From: a virus
Direction: 5' to 3' (one strand)
Length of the DNA: 64,000 nucleotides
Virus record (IMG/VR): IMGVR_UViG_3300044681_000098
Coordinates: 1 to 64,000 of that record
The position numbers and the translations under genes were made by a program. Below, one piece after another: positions 16,394-24,778 of this stretch. The notes below the pieces were generated by a model. That model ran no database searches and was not told where the DNA came from. It was given only the letters and a program-made list of their open reading frames with translations. The first letter of the stretch is position 1. Every line of letters begins with the position of its first letter.

Positions 16394-17167
16394 ATGGCTC
16401 GTACGGCTAAGAAACCATTAGTAGAACATGAAGACAGTGAGCCAACCCAAAAAGTCAGACCGATTAATAACTCACTAAGAGTTAGAATTGACGACCTAAA
16501 GACTTTTGAACCATTAACAGCGAATCAGAAAAAATTTTATGATGCCTATAAAAGACAGGATTACTTCATCGCCTTGCATGGAGTTGCAGGAACAGGAAAA
16601 ACATTTATTGCCTTGTATAAAGCGTTGGAGGAAGTTCTCGACAAGTCAAACCCATTCAACAAAATTATCATTGTCCGTAGTGCAGTCCCTTCTAGAGAAG
16701 TCGGTCATTTACCTGGAGACCTAAATGAAAAAACAGAAATCTACAGACAGCCATACCAGCAAATCTGTTCCATTCTGTTTGGTAGACCAGACGCATACCA
16801 GAGACTCGAAGAACAGCACCACATTGAATTCATCTCTACCTCCTTTATTAGAGGGATGTCTTTTGATGATGCAATTATTATCGTAGATGAAATGCAAAAC
16901 TTAACATTTGAAGAAATTGATACTGTCATGACTCGTGTCGGTTATCGTTCTAAGATTGTTTGGTGCGGTGACTATCGTCAGACCGACCTAAATAAGAAGA
17001 AGAACGACATGAGCGGAATTTTAAGATTCTTCGACATTGCTATGCATATGAAAGCGTTTACCAGAATTGAGTTTACGCCTGAAGATATCGTTCGTTCTTC
17101 TTTAGTTAAGGATTATATCCTAGCAAAATTAAAATATGAAGACTCAGGTCTTCACACAAATCAATAG
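16394..17167 (+). CDS. phoH: PhoH-family ATPase
   Basis: GVAGTGKT, GHLPGDLNEK, SFIRGMSF, VDEMQN, GDYRQTDL. Confidence 0.95.
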   Translation: MARTAKKPLVEHEDSEPTQKVRPINNSLRVRIDDLKTFEPLTANQKKFYDAYKRQDYFIALHGVAGTGKTFIALYKALEEVLDKSNPFNKIIIVRSAVPSREVGHLPGDLNEKTEIYRQPYQQICSILFGRPDAYQRLEEQHHIEFISTSFIRGMSFDDAIIIVDEMQNLTFEEIDTVMTRVGYRSKIVWCGDYRQTDLNKKKNDMSGILRFFDIAMHMKAFTRIEFTPEDIVRSSLVKDYILAKLKYEDSGLHTNQ

Positions 17168-17175
17168 GAGGGATT

Positions 17176-17298
17176 ATGATTGAAGTACTATTTTGGCTTC
17201 TCGTAGGAGCGTTCATTGGCTGGCATTTCCCACAACCAGCATGGGCTAAAGTTTTAGAAGATAAAGTAAAGGGATTCTTTACTAGCAAGGGAGAGTGA
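17176..17298 (+). CDS. Small membrane protein upstream of the endolysin (40 aa, not in track)
   Basis: SD GGAGG; MIEVLFWLLVGAFIGWHFPQPAWAK... Confidence 0.7.
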   Translation: MIEVLFWLLVGAFIGWHFPQPAWAKVLEDKVKGFFTSKGE

Positions 17299-17299
17299 T

Positions 17300-17917
17300 A
17301 TGATTACTCTAGAATTACTACAACACATCGCACCAAAGACCAGCGTTGATCGTCTTCAAGAGTTTGTTGAGCCACTTGCACAGGCATGTGAGACTTTTGA
17401 GATCAATACACCTTCTCGCCTTGCTTGCTTCTTAGCGCAGGTAGCACATGAGTCAGGTGGTTTCAGTGCGGTTAAAGAAAACCTTAACTATTCTGCTAAG
17501 TCGTTAGATGCAGTATTCCCAAAGTATTTTAAGAATGCTGGTCGCAATGCTGCTGAGTATGAGAGACAACCAGAAAAGATTGCTAACATCGTTTATGCTA
17601 ACCGCATGGGTAATGGTGATACAGCTTCTGGTGATGGTTTCAAATACCGTGGTCGTGGATTGATTCAACTTACTGGTAAGAATAACTATACAGCATTTGC
17701 TAATGATGTTGGTCTTACTATTGATGAAGCAGTTGACTACCTTGAGACATATGAAGGTGCAGCAATGTCAGCAGGTTGGTTCTGGGCTAATAACAATTTG
17801 AACCAGTGGGCTGATGCAGAAGATATGGTCACTTTGACCAAGCGTATTAACGGTGGCACAATTGGTCTTGAAGACCGTATTCACCACTTCCATATTGTGA
17901 AGGAAGCGTTAGCTTAA
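17300..17917 (+). CDS. GH19 (chitinase-like) endolysin
   Basis: FLAQVAHESGGF, ENLNYS, YRGRGLIQLTGKNNY, TKRINGG. Confidence 0.92.
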   Translation: MITLELLQHIAPKTSVDRLQEFVEPLAQACETFEINTPSRLACFLAQVAHESGGFSAVKENLNYSAKSLDAVFPKYFKNAGRNAAEYERQPEKIANIVYANRMGNGDTASGDGFKYRGRGLIQLTGKNNYTAFANDVGLTIDEAVDYLETYEGAAMSAGWFWANNNLNQWADAEDMVTLTKRINGGTIGLEDRIHHFHIVKEALA

Positions 17918-17928
17918 AATTGAATTGA

Positions 17929-18585
17929 ATGTTTAATCATATACATCATGATATACCCAAATTGGTTAGGACAACTGCCCCAGATGGTTCGAGAGTATAT
18001 CAAACCCCATCTGGTGCAGCCTATCCATCCGTCACTAGCGTCACAGGATTGCTTAACAAAGCGTCCATCATTGAATGGAGAAAGAGAGTCGGAGAAGCAG
18101 AAGCAAACCGAATCTCAAACCAAGCAGCATCAAGAGGAACTAGAATACACACTTTATGCGAGAACTTTCTGCTCAATAAAGAAGTGTTACCAGATCTCTT
18201 TGATCACGAACTCTGGAAAACGATCAAGCCAGAGTTGGATCGTATAAATAATATACATTGTTTAGAAACTCAACTCTATTCTGACCATTTACAAGTAGCA
18301 GGTACTGTTGACTGTATCGCAGAGTATAATGGGAAGGTATCTGTAATAGATTTTAAGACATCCAAGCGAGTTAAGTCTAGAGATGATATCGGCAATTACT
18401 TTATGCAATGCGCAGCTTATGCTGTCGCCTTTGAAGAAAGAACTGGCATCCCTGTACCACGTATTGTGATTATTATGGGGGTGGACGACGAACCAGAGCC
18501 ATTGATCTTCCACGAGAAGCGTGATACATGGATAGATCAATTTATCTCTTTACGCAAGGAGTATCGCAAATGGAAAAGTGTATAA
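17929..18585 (+). CDS. PD-(D/E)xK exonuclease
   Basis: YPSVT, RGTRIH, AGTVDC, IDFKTS, YFMQCAAYA. Confidence 0.88.
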   Translation: MFNHIHHDIPKLVRTTAPDGSRVYQTPSGAAYPSVTSVTGLLNKASIIEWRKRVGEAEANRISNQAASRGTRIHTLCENFLLNKEVLPDLFDHELWKTIKPELDRINNIHCLETQLYSDHLQVAGTVDCIAEYNGKVSVIDFKTSKRVKSRDDIGNYFMQCAAYAVAFEERTGIPVPRIVIIMGVDDEPEPLIFHEKRDTWIDQFISLRKEYRKWKSV

Positions 18586-18920
18586 TCGCATTGTCCATGG
18601 CTTTCGCCACTGCAGCATATGCACAAGAACCAATGAAGGTTAATATTACTGGAGTTTGTTCTGACTTTGCAAGCATAACTGCCACTGCTGCAAAATACCA
18701 AGAGTTGCCATTTATTCGAGGAAGGGTTAACACCCCAGAAAGAAGTTCATATTTCGTTCTATACTTAAATGCTGAAACTAGAACATGGACGTATAGCGAA
18801 CAAATTTCTGATTCTTTATACTGTGTGATTGCCTCTGGTGAGGGTATAGAACCAGTACCTGATGTAATCGTACAGGAGTATAAAGATGCATACGGAAGAA
18901 ACAATAAACAAAACTTTTGA
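18570..18920 (+). CDS. Secreted hypothetical protein
   Basis: SD AAGGAG; signal peptide MEKCIIALSMAFATAAYA. Confidence 0.65.
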   Translation: MEKCIIALSMAFATAAYAQEPMKVNITGVCSDFASITATAAKYQELPFIRGRVNTPERSSYFVLYLNAETRTWTYSEQISDSLYCVIASGEGIEPVPDVIVQEYKDAYGRNNKQNF

Positions 18921-19011
18921 TTATTGGGTTTACTTATGGCTTCAATTTTATTATATGCCGTTCTTTGTGATGGGAGCAGTCAGTGAGCGTGGAAAAAACA
19001 TATGTCCTTGA
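18886..19011 (+). CDS. Small hypothetical protein (41 aa)
   Basis: SD AGGAG; MHTEETINKTFDYWVYLWLQFYYMPFF... Confidence 0.45.
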   Translation: MHTEETINKTFDYWVYLWLQFYYMPFFVMGAVSERGKNICP

Positions 19012-19159
19012 GTTGGTGCGATATAGAGACGCAGGGTTGCCAACGTATACTTGGTTCTACGTAATAGACAGTAGAGTAGTTAGTCCATACTTTGGCTCAG
19101 AACTAGAAGCTGAACAGTGGCTATTCAAAACTCTGAAACAAGATAACACTGGGAGTTAG
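18989..19159 (+). CDS. Small hypothetical protein (56 aa)
   Basis: GTG start; EKTYVLELVRYRD...VVSPYFGSELEAEQWL. Confidence 0.5.
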   Translation: MEKTYVLELVRYRDAGLPTYTWFYVIDSRVVSPYFGSELEAEQWLFKTLKQDNTGS

Positions 19160-19163
19160 ATAG

Positions 19164-19964
19164 TTGACCCAAACGACTTACAAAACTATATTCGTCAGTG
19201 ATGTGCATTTAGGTACACGTGATTCTCAAGCAGACAAGTTAAATAACTTTTTGAAACATAACACCTGCGAGACTTTATATCTCGTGGGTGATATTATTGA
19301 TGCTTGGAAGATTCAACAAAACAAGTGGCGATGGAAACAGAGCCACACAAATGTAGTTCGTAGAATTCTTGGTCACGCTAAACGTGGAACACGAGTTGTA
19401 TATGTTGCTGGAAATCATGATGAATTTTTAAGACCGATGATTCCCTATGGATTCTCATTTGGTCTTATAGAAATACATAATCAGACAGAACACATTGGTG
19501 TAGATGGAAAGAAATATCTTATAACACATGGTGATCTGTTTGATGGAATAACAAGACTTGCTCCATGGTTAGCGTTTCTTGGTGACAAACTTTATGATTT
19601 AGTTTTAGATTGGAATTCCAAGTTTAATTGGGTTCGACGTAAACTTGGTTTTGGATATTGGTCATTATCAAAGTTCTTGAAACACAAAGTTAAGAAAGCG
19701 TCTGACTTTATGTTTCAGTTTGAAAAGAACATTACTGCATATTGTAAGAAACGTGGATTTGATGGTGTGATTTGTGGACATATACATCACGCAGAAATAA
19801 AAGAAATTGATGGTGTCGTTTATATGAACGACGGAGATTGGGTTGAATCATGCTCTGCTTTAGTTGAACATCATGATGGTCGTTGGGAAATAGTAACTTG
19901 GACACAGGAGAGCGATAATGTGGATACTATTGATAATAGCAGTTCATATAAACGATCCAAATGA
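19164..19964 (+). CDS. PlcP / LpxH-like metallophosphoesterase (phospholipase C-type)
   Basis: SDVHLG, LVGDIIDAW, GNHDEFLR, HGDLFD, CGHIHHA, NDGDWVESCSALVE. Confidence 0.82.
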   Translation: MTQTTYKTIFVSDVHLGTRDSQADKLNNFLKHNTCETLYLVGDIIDAWKIQQNKWRWKQSHTNVVRRILGHAKRGTRVVYVAGNHDEFLRPMIPYGFSFGLIEIHNQTEHIGVDGKKYLITHGDLFDGITRLAPWLAFLGDKLYDLVLDWNSKFNWVRRKLGFGYWSLSKFLKHKVKKASDFMFQFEKNITAYCKKRGFDGVICGHIHHAEIKEIDGVVYMNDGDWVESCSALVEHHDGRWEIVTWTQESDNVDTIDNSSSYKRSK

Positions 19965-20091
19965 CATACCAGCAAAGATGACGTTACACTTACCCAATGA
20001 AAAAGAATGCATGCAGGCTGCAAAATCTCTTGAGTACGATTTGAAGTTTAAGCAGTTTAAGTTGGAGGCGACATGCTCTCAGAAAAGATAA
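19918..20091 (+). CDS. Small hypothetical protein (57 aa, not in track)
   Basis: SD AGGAG; MWILLIIAVHINDPNDIPAK...ECMQ...ATC. Confidence 0.6.
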   Translation: MWILLIIAVHINDPNDIPAKMTLHLPNEKECMQAAKSLEYDLKFKQFKLEATCSQKR

Positions 20092-20783
20092 CCATAGTAG
20101 TTCCCTGCAAGAATGAAGAAAACTATATCCATCATTTGCTGTATAGTCTACGCAAGCAGGACATTGGTCAGACACGCATCATCATAGCAGATGCCAGCAC
20201 AGACAATACTAGAGCAGTGATCGAAGCCAACAAAGGCACACTAAACGTAGAAGTGATAGAAGGTGGACCTGTCAGTATTGCTAAGAATAATGGTGCTAGA
20301 TTAGCAACTACACCTTACATTCTATTCATTGACAGCGATGTGCGTTTCTTCAAAGACACAGTGATACATGATTGTGTTCGCATACTGGAAGAAAAGCAAT
20401 TAGACCTAATAGGATTGTACATCAAGTGTTATGACAATGACTTTGTAGCCAAGATAGGTTTTACTCTGTTCAATGCTATCAACGCTGTTATGCAATACTT
20501 CATTCCTTTCGCTGTAGGTGCATTCTTTCTAACACGCAGAGATAAGTTTGAAGAACTAGGTGGCTTCCCTGCTCGCTACGAAACATCGGAAGACTTTTTC
20601 CTAAGCAAGATGTATGATGTCAAGAACTTTACGCTTGTACATCACTATTTTGGGCAGGACAGCAGAAGATTCAAGAAGATGGGCTACTTTGGTATGGCTT
20701 GGTATCTTATTAAAAACTTTTGGAATCGTAACAACCAAAAATATTGGGATAGCATAGACTATTCCAAATATTGGGATAAATAA
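20073..20783 (+). CDS. Family 2 glycosyltransferase
   Basis: IVVPCKNEE, DASTDNT, AKNNGA, FIDSD (DxD), GGF...SEDFFLS. Confidence 0.9.
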   Translation: MLSEKITIVVPCKNEENYIHHLLYSLRKQDIGQTRIIIADASTDNTRAVIEANKGTLNVEVIEGGPVSIAKNNGARLATTPYILFIDSDVRFFKDTVIHDCVRILEEKQLDLIGLYIKCYDNDFVAKIGFTLFNAINAVMQYFIPFAVGAFFLTRRDKFEELGGFPARYETSEDFFLSKMYDVKNFTLVHHYFGQDSRRFKKMGYFGMAWYLIKNFWNRNNQKYWDSIDYSKYWDK

Positions 20784-20787
20784 AAGA

Positions 20788-21107
20788 ATTGTTGTAATCC
20801 CTTCAAAGCGAAGGACTTCTGGACGAGGGTTCGATTCCCTCCATCTCCACCAAAAGCATTCTATCCCCACCTGACGAGGAAGGATCGAAAGAACTAAAAA
20901 GAATGCTTCTGATGGGGATGATCTGGTTTCGACAGGGGTAGATAGCAGAGACGGCAACACGGTAGGCGATGACCGAAACAAGATTCCATAAGGAATAACT
21001 TGGATGACAAAGCAAATCAAAGTAAACGCAAACGAAGAAGTTTACGCTCTTGCTGCCTAAAGCAAGATGAGGTTTCGGCAGGTGTCCTTATAATCAAATC
21101 ACCTGCC
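20788..21107 (+). ncRNA. ssrA: Circularly permuted (two-piece) tmRNA
   Basis: Acceptor piece ends GGGTTCGATTCCC...CATCTCC-A-CCA (20852); coding piece starts GGGGATG (20914) giving G3-U70; tag ANEEVYALAA* at 21028-21060; outer ends approximate. Confidence 0.93.
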
Positions 21108-21129
21108 ACTTATTCTTTTAGGGGGATTT

Positions 21130-21387
21130 ATGCAAAAAGTATTAGTAGGTATTCTCGCAGCACTATTATCATTATCAGTGTTTGCTGCTGAGCCAGTAAA
21201 GAAAAAAGAGCCAGCAAAGAAACAAGCTACAACGCAAAAGGCACCAGCTAAAAAAGCTGATGCCCCTAAACATGCTGACGCAGAAACTCAAAAATCAGTA
21301 ATGGCTAAAGCAAAAGAAAAGATGGCTGAAAAGAAAAAGAAACAAGAGGAAGCTGCTGCTAAGAAGAAGCAGCAACCTAAGAAATAA
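21130..21387 (+). CDS. Secreted Lys/Ala-rich low-complexity protein
   Basis: Signal peptide ending VFA; PAKK repeats. Confidence 0.75.
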   Translation: MQKVLVGILAALLSLSVFAAEPVKKKEPAKKQATTQKAPAKKADAPKHADAETQKSVMAKAKEKMAEKKKKQEEAAAKKKQQPKK

Positions 21388-21933
21388 TTACTTACCAGCT
21401 AGTGGGTTGTCTAATGCTCTTTGAATCTTAGAGTTCATTCTTTCTTCTAGATCTTTGATCTTACGATCTGATTCAGAAGCAAGTTGATCTCTTTTATTCT
21501 CGAATCTTCCAGCTGCAATGTCAATCATTTGACGAACCTTCTCTTCGCTTTCTTTAGTTCTTTGTTCGGTTCTGTCAACTTGCTTTTCGATTCTCATAAT
21601 ATCTTCACGCAACCCATTCTTAATATCTCGGCTGTAATCAACCGTCTCTTGAACTGACGTCTTGGTTGCAGCCATTTCTTTTGTTATGAGTTCAAGTCTC
21701 TTATCAAACTCAGTTAAGTCTGGTGCGACATAAGTTTGAATCTTCTCTTTCATATCCATATAGTCTTTATAGACTTCAAATGCTCCATAGAGACCACCTA
21801 GCACAGTTGATATAATACCACCAACAATCATTAGTTTAGCAGGTGTGAAGTTTATACCACCTACGCTAATAACTGTGTTTGGGTCTACTGCTGCTTCTAG
21901 TTGATCTACTTTTTCGTCTAAGTTTTTTGACAT
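21388..21933 (-). CDS. Membrane-anchored coiled-coil protein
   Basis: One TM (IVGGIISTVLGGLYGAF), long heptad region, C-term ALDNPLAGK. Confidence 0.75.
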   Translation of the reverse strand: MSKNLDEKVDQLEAAVDPNTVISVGGINFTPAKLMIVGGIISTVLGGLYGAFEVYKDYMDMKEKIQTYVAPDLTEFDKRLELITKEMAATKTSVQETVDYSRDIKNGLREDIMRIEKQVDRTEQRTKESEEKVRQMIDIAAGRFENKRDQLASESDRKIKDLEERMNSKIQRALDNPLAGK

Positions 21934-21934
21934 G

Positions 21935-22345
21935 TTAGTCCTCTATCTTCTTTGGAGTTGGTCTTTGATACGGTGAAGTTGGTGGTGGAGGTGGTGGCGT
22001 TGGCGCATCATTCTTTTTAGATTGTGAGTACGCATTTGCACCAAAGAATGCTGCTACCAAACCAGCGATAGCTACAAAGTAGGTTGGAGCAATATCACCA
22101 ATGATTGTTGCTGCTCTATCAAGTCCGAAGAATGATGTAATCATGATTGTAGTTGGATACAGTAACATACCCCACAAAGCAAACCAAGCCATCTTACGCA
22201 TGGCATCTCGTTGAGCATCTTGGTCTTCTAGTTCCCTACGCTTAAATTCAAGATACATATCCAATTCATCTTGGGAAACGTGTCCATCGCCGTTGGTATC
22301 TGCTGCTTCCAATCCTTCTACTGTTACTTTATGTTTATTGTTCAT
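21935..22345 (-). CDS. EF-hand, two-TM membrane protein
   Basis: DTNGDGHVSQDE loop, 2 TM, Pro-rich tail. Confidence 0.75.
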   Translation of the reverse strand: MNNKHKVTVEGLEAADTNGDGHVSQDELDMYLEFKRRELEDQDAQRDAMRKMAWFALWGMLLYPTTIMITSFFGLDRAATIIGDIAPTYFVAIAGLVAAFFGANAYSQSKKNDAPTPPPPPPTSPYQRPTPKKIED

Positions 22346-23949
22346 TTCTTCTCCCTATTATATTGTTGCTCCACCATTCTATCCCAAAGAACTTCAGAAG
22401 CTAATCCCATTCTTAGTGCGCTCTTGTTTTCTTTAATTCTAACTTTGGCGTATATCTCAGTGGCTTTATAAAAATCGGCATCGGTTAAAGTCTTGCTTGT
22501 ATAGTTTGAAAACCCTTCAACTGCTCCGAGTGATGATAGTTTATCATTTTCTGCTTTCTCCTCTGGTGTCAATTCTCTAGCAGCAACTGATTGTGCGCTT
22601 GATGTTGCACCAGAAGAAATAGATCTTTGGGTAGCAGATGCTACAGCTTGCGACTCTGCTGATGATGTTGAGTTTGTCGAACTACTTGTATCCATTGCAG
22701 CAGCTGCTGCTTGTTGAACAAGTTCAGTGTTTCTTCTTGCTGTCGCTGCAGGTGATGTCATGTTTGCTGGTGAGTTCATATTTGAAGCTGCAGACGATGA
22801 TGAAGTAGTAGACGGAAGTGCGCTACCTCCAGTTGCTGCTGTTCCACCTGCTGCTACGCTGTTTGATACTACACTCATAATTTGACTAACGCTAAGAGAG
22901 GTTCCAGGTTGTGTCTGGTTTGATGATGACGCTGCTGTTTGTTGTTGACTACTTTCAGTAGATGATGCAGTCGTCTGCTGTTGAGTGGTATCTGTTGTTG
23001 CTGCTTGCTGAGTAGTTGTTTCTGTTGTCGCAGAAATTGTTGTTACTTCTGGTGTTGGAACCGCAAAGGTTTCAGCTACCACTGTAGTTGTAGTAGAAAC
23101 ATTAGATGTGTTTCCTGTAGTCGCTGCGGATTGAGTCGTAGTACTCGAAGTTGCACTGGTTGTGGGTGTGGTTGTTCCTCCAGTTGCAACACTCCCCCCA
23201 GTAGTTGTGCTCGTTGTTGTGTTACCAATATATGTGGAACACGATGGGTCGGTTACAGGGATTTTGGTGCATGGGTCTTCCTTGACAGGAGCCAGTGACC
23301 AATTCAAAGAGAAAGAATTTAGTCTAAATTCTGGACCATAGTATCCAGCCCAGTATCCAGCATCTTGCCCTCTAACTGAGAACTGGACTTCAGATAAGTC
23401 TGCCCCAAGATATGATTTACTGAATACTTGCGTTCCGCTATAATCATACCACTGCCCTGCTAGAAATTGAGAGTAATCATACGTGTATGATTCAACTACC
23501 GTACCAACTTTGTCTTTGATCAGAACAGTTACTACTAATGGGTCTTGTGCTCTTCCTTGCCCACTTTCTGTATTAGCGTTCTTCAAAGACCAACTGTAGT
23601 TATACCCATCAACTTGAATACCAGTTTGTTTCAATGCTTGATTGATTGCCCAAGTTTGGATAGCGATTTGGTTTGTGTATCCGAAACGCATAACTCCACT
23701 ACCATTTTCAATTTGTAGTTGACTTCCTCCACTGTAGCCATTCCACCATCCTTGGTCGACACAATATACGCCTGTGTTTACACTCCATGCTGAGCATGAA
23801 TTGTTTACTAAGTTTCCAGTAGTACCAGATGTTGGTACTGCTGTGTCTTGTGCTGTTGCTGACTTAGAATAAAATGAGCAACAAAACGCCAAGACCAATA
23901 CCAGACCAGAAACCTGGATCAATCTTTTTGAGCATTCCATCTTTTGCAT
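22342..23949 (-). CDS. Exported protein with a beta-rich (carbohydrate-binding-like) domain and Ser/Thr-rich stalk
   Basis: Signal/TM segment, GQDAGYWAGYYGP, DPC...DPSC, long S/T/A/Q-rich region. Confidence 0.75.
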   Translation of the reverse strand: MQKMECSKRLIQVSGLVLVLAFCCSFYSKSATAQDTAVPTSGTTGNLVNNSCSAWSVNTGVYCVDQGWWNGYSGGSQLQIENGSGVMRFGYTNQIAIQTWAINQALKQTGIQVDGYNYSWSLKNANTESGQGRAQDPLVVTVLIKDKVGTVVESYTYDYSQFLAGQWYDYSGTQVFSKSYLGADLSEVQFSVRGQDAGYWAGYYGPEFRLNSFSLNWSLAPVKEDPCTKIPVTDPSCSTYIGNTTTSTTTGGSVATGGTTTPTTSATSSTTTQSAATTGNTSNVSTTTTVVAETFAVPTPEVTTISATTETTTQQAATTDTTQQQTTASSTESSQQQTAASSSNQTQPGTSLSVSQIMSVVSNSVAAGGTAATGGSALPSTTSSSSAASNMNSPANMTSPAATARRNTELVQQAAAAAMDTSSSTNSTSSAESQAVASATQRSISSGATSSAQSVAARELTPEEKAENDKLSSLGAVEGFSNYTSKTLTDADFYKATEIYAKVRIKENKSALRMGLASEVLWDRMVEQQYNREKK

Positions 23950-24778
23950 GTTTTACCTTTGTTGGATCTTCGCCATTTTTAATTGCATCCTGAACATTCT
24001 TAAGATAATCTTGATTGTCTTTCCATTCAACGAAGTCAGGTCTTAATGCTGGCGCAGCTGCCCAACCTGCTGCTGCTTTTGGACCAATCTCGCCTAAGAA
24101 TGGGCAAGGTGTTCCAGCCATTTCCATCGCTTTGAAAATTCTTTCATCTTGACACATAACTGATACTGCTGCAACTTTCATTCCCATATCATAAAGTGTT
24201 TTGCTTAGTTTCAATCTTTCGCAATTCATATCTCTTACAGTACTACCACCTGCGATACCTAGGATCTGAGTTTGCACTGCACCAGAGATTCCAGTAGTAC
24301 ATAGATCGTTATTGTTTGACATGATCGCTGGAGCAATAGCACTCGCTGGAGGAGATTTAATGTTTTGCGTAGTCTCTCCAGAGTTTATCTGTCTAACTGT
24401 GCTATCGTTCTGGTTTATATTTGTGTTGGTAGCTGTGGAACTGTTCACGTTATTGTTATTATTTGTGTTCGTGTTCGTCGAGTTCACAGTTTGGTTAATA
24501 GTACTGTTGGATGTTTGATTTACGTTACTGTTTGAGGTAGAATTGATAGTCTGATTGATCGTGTCATTGTTGGTATTGATGTTTGTGTTGGTGCTCGTAG
24601 ACGTTGAGTTTACGGTCTGGTTAATGGTATCATTGTTGTTGTTAGTATTCGTACTAGTCGAAGTGCTAACATTGTTGTTATTATTGGTATTTGTAGTTAC
24701 TATCTCGGTCACCTGTGCGTGAGCGAAATTTGCTGCCACCAATAATAAGGCAGTTACTGCTAGTTTTGCATTCATCAT
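23864..24778 (-). CDS. Exported Asn/Thr-repeat protein with a Cys-rich domain and C-terminal anchor
   Basis: Signal peptide ending AHA, N/T repeats, DLC...NCERLKLS...MCQD...GTPCP, C-term TM. Confidence 0.78.
   Translation of the reverse strand: MMNAKLAVTALLLVAANFAHAQVTEIVTTNTNNNNNVSTSTSTNTNNNNDTINQTVNSTSTSTNTNINTNNDTINQTINSTSNSNVNQTSNSTINQTVNSTNTNTNNNNNVNSSTATNTNINQNDSTVRQINSGETTQNIKSPPASAIAPAIMSNNNDLCTTGISGAVQTQILGIAGGSTVRDMNCERLKLSKTLYDMGMKVAAVSVMCQDERIFKAMEMAGTPCPFLGEIGPKAAAGWAAAPALRPDFVEWKDNQDYLKNVQDAIKNGEDPTKVKHAKDGMLKKIDPGFWSGIGLGVLLLILF

Noticed and set aside
18900-19163. Pho box upstream of the PlcP-like gene (also checked before phoH)
   Set aside because: No 11-bp-spaced GTCAT-like direct repeats were found by eye.
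20803-21191. ORFs 20803-21015 (-), 20601-21020 (-) and 21000-21191 (+), or an ordinary tRNA at 20821-20852
   Set aside because: All are explained by the permuted tmRNA; the T-arm/CCA has no contiguous D or anticodon arm.
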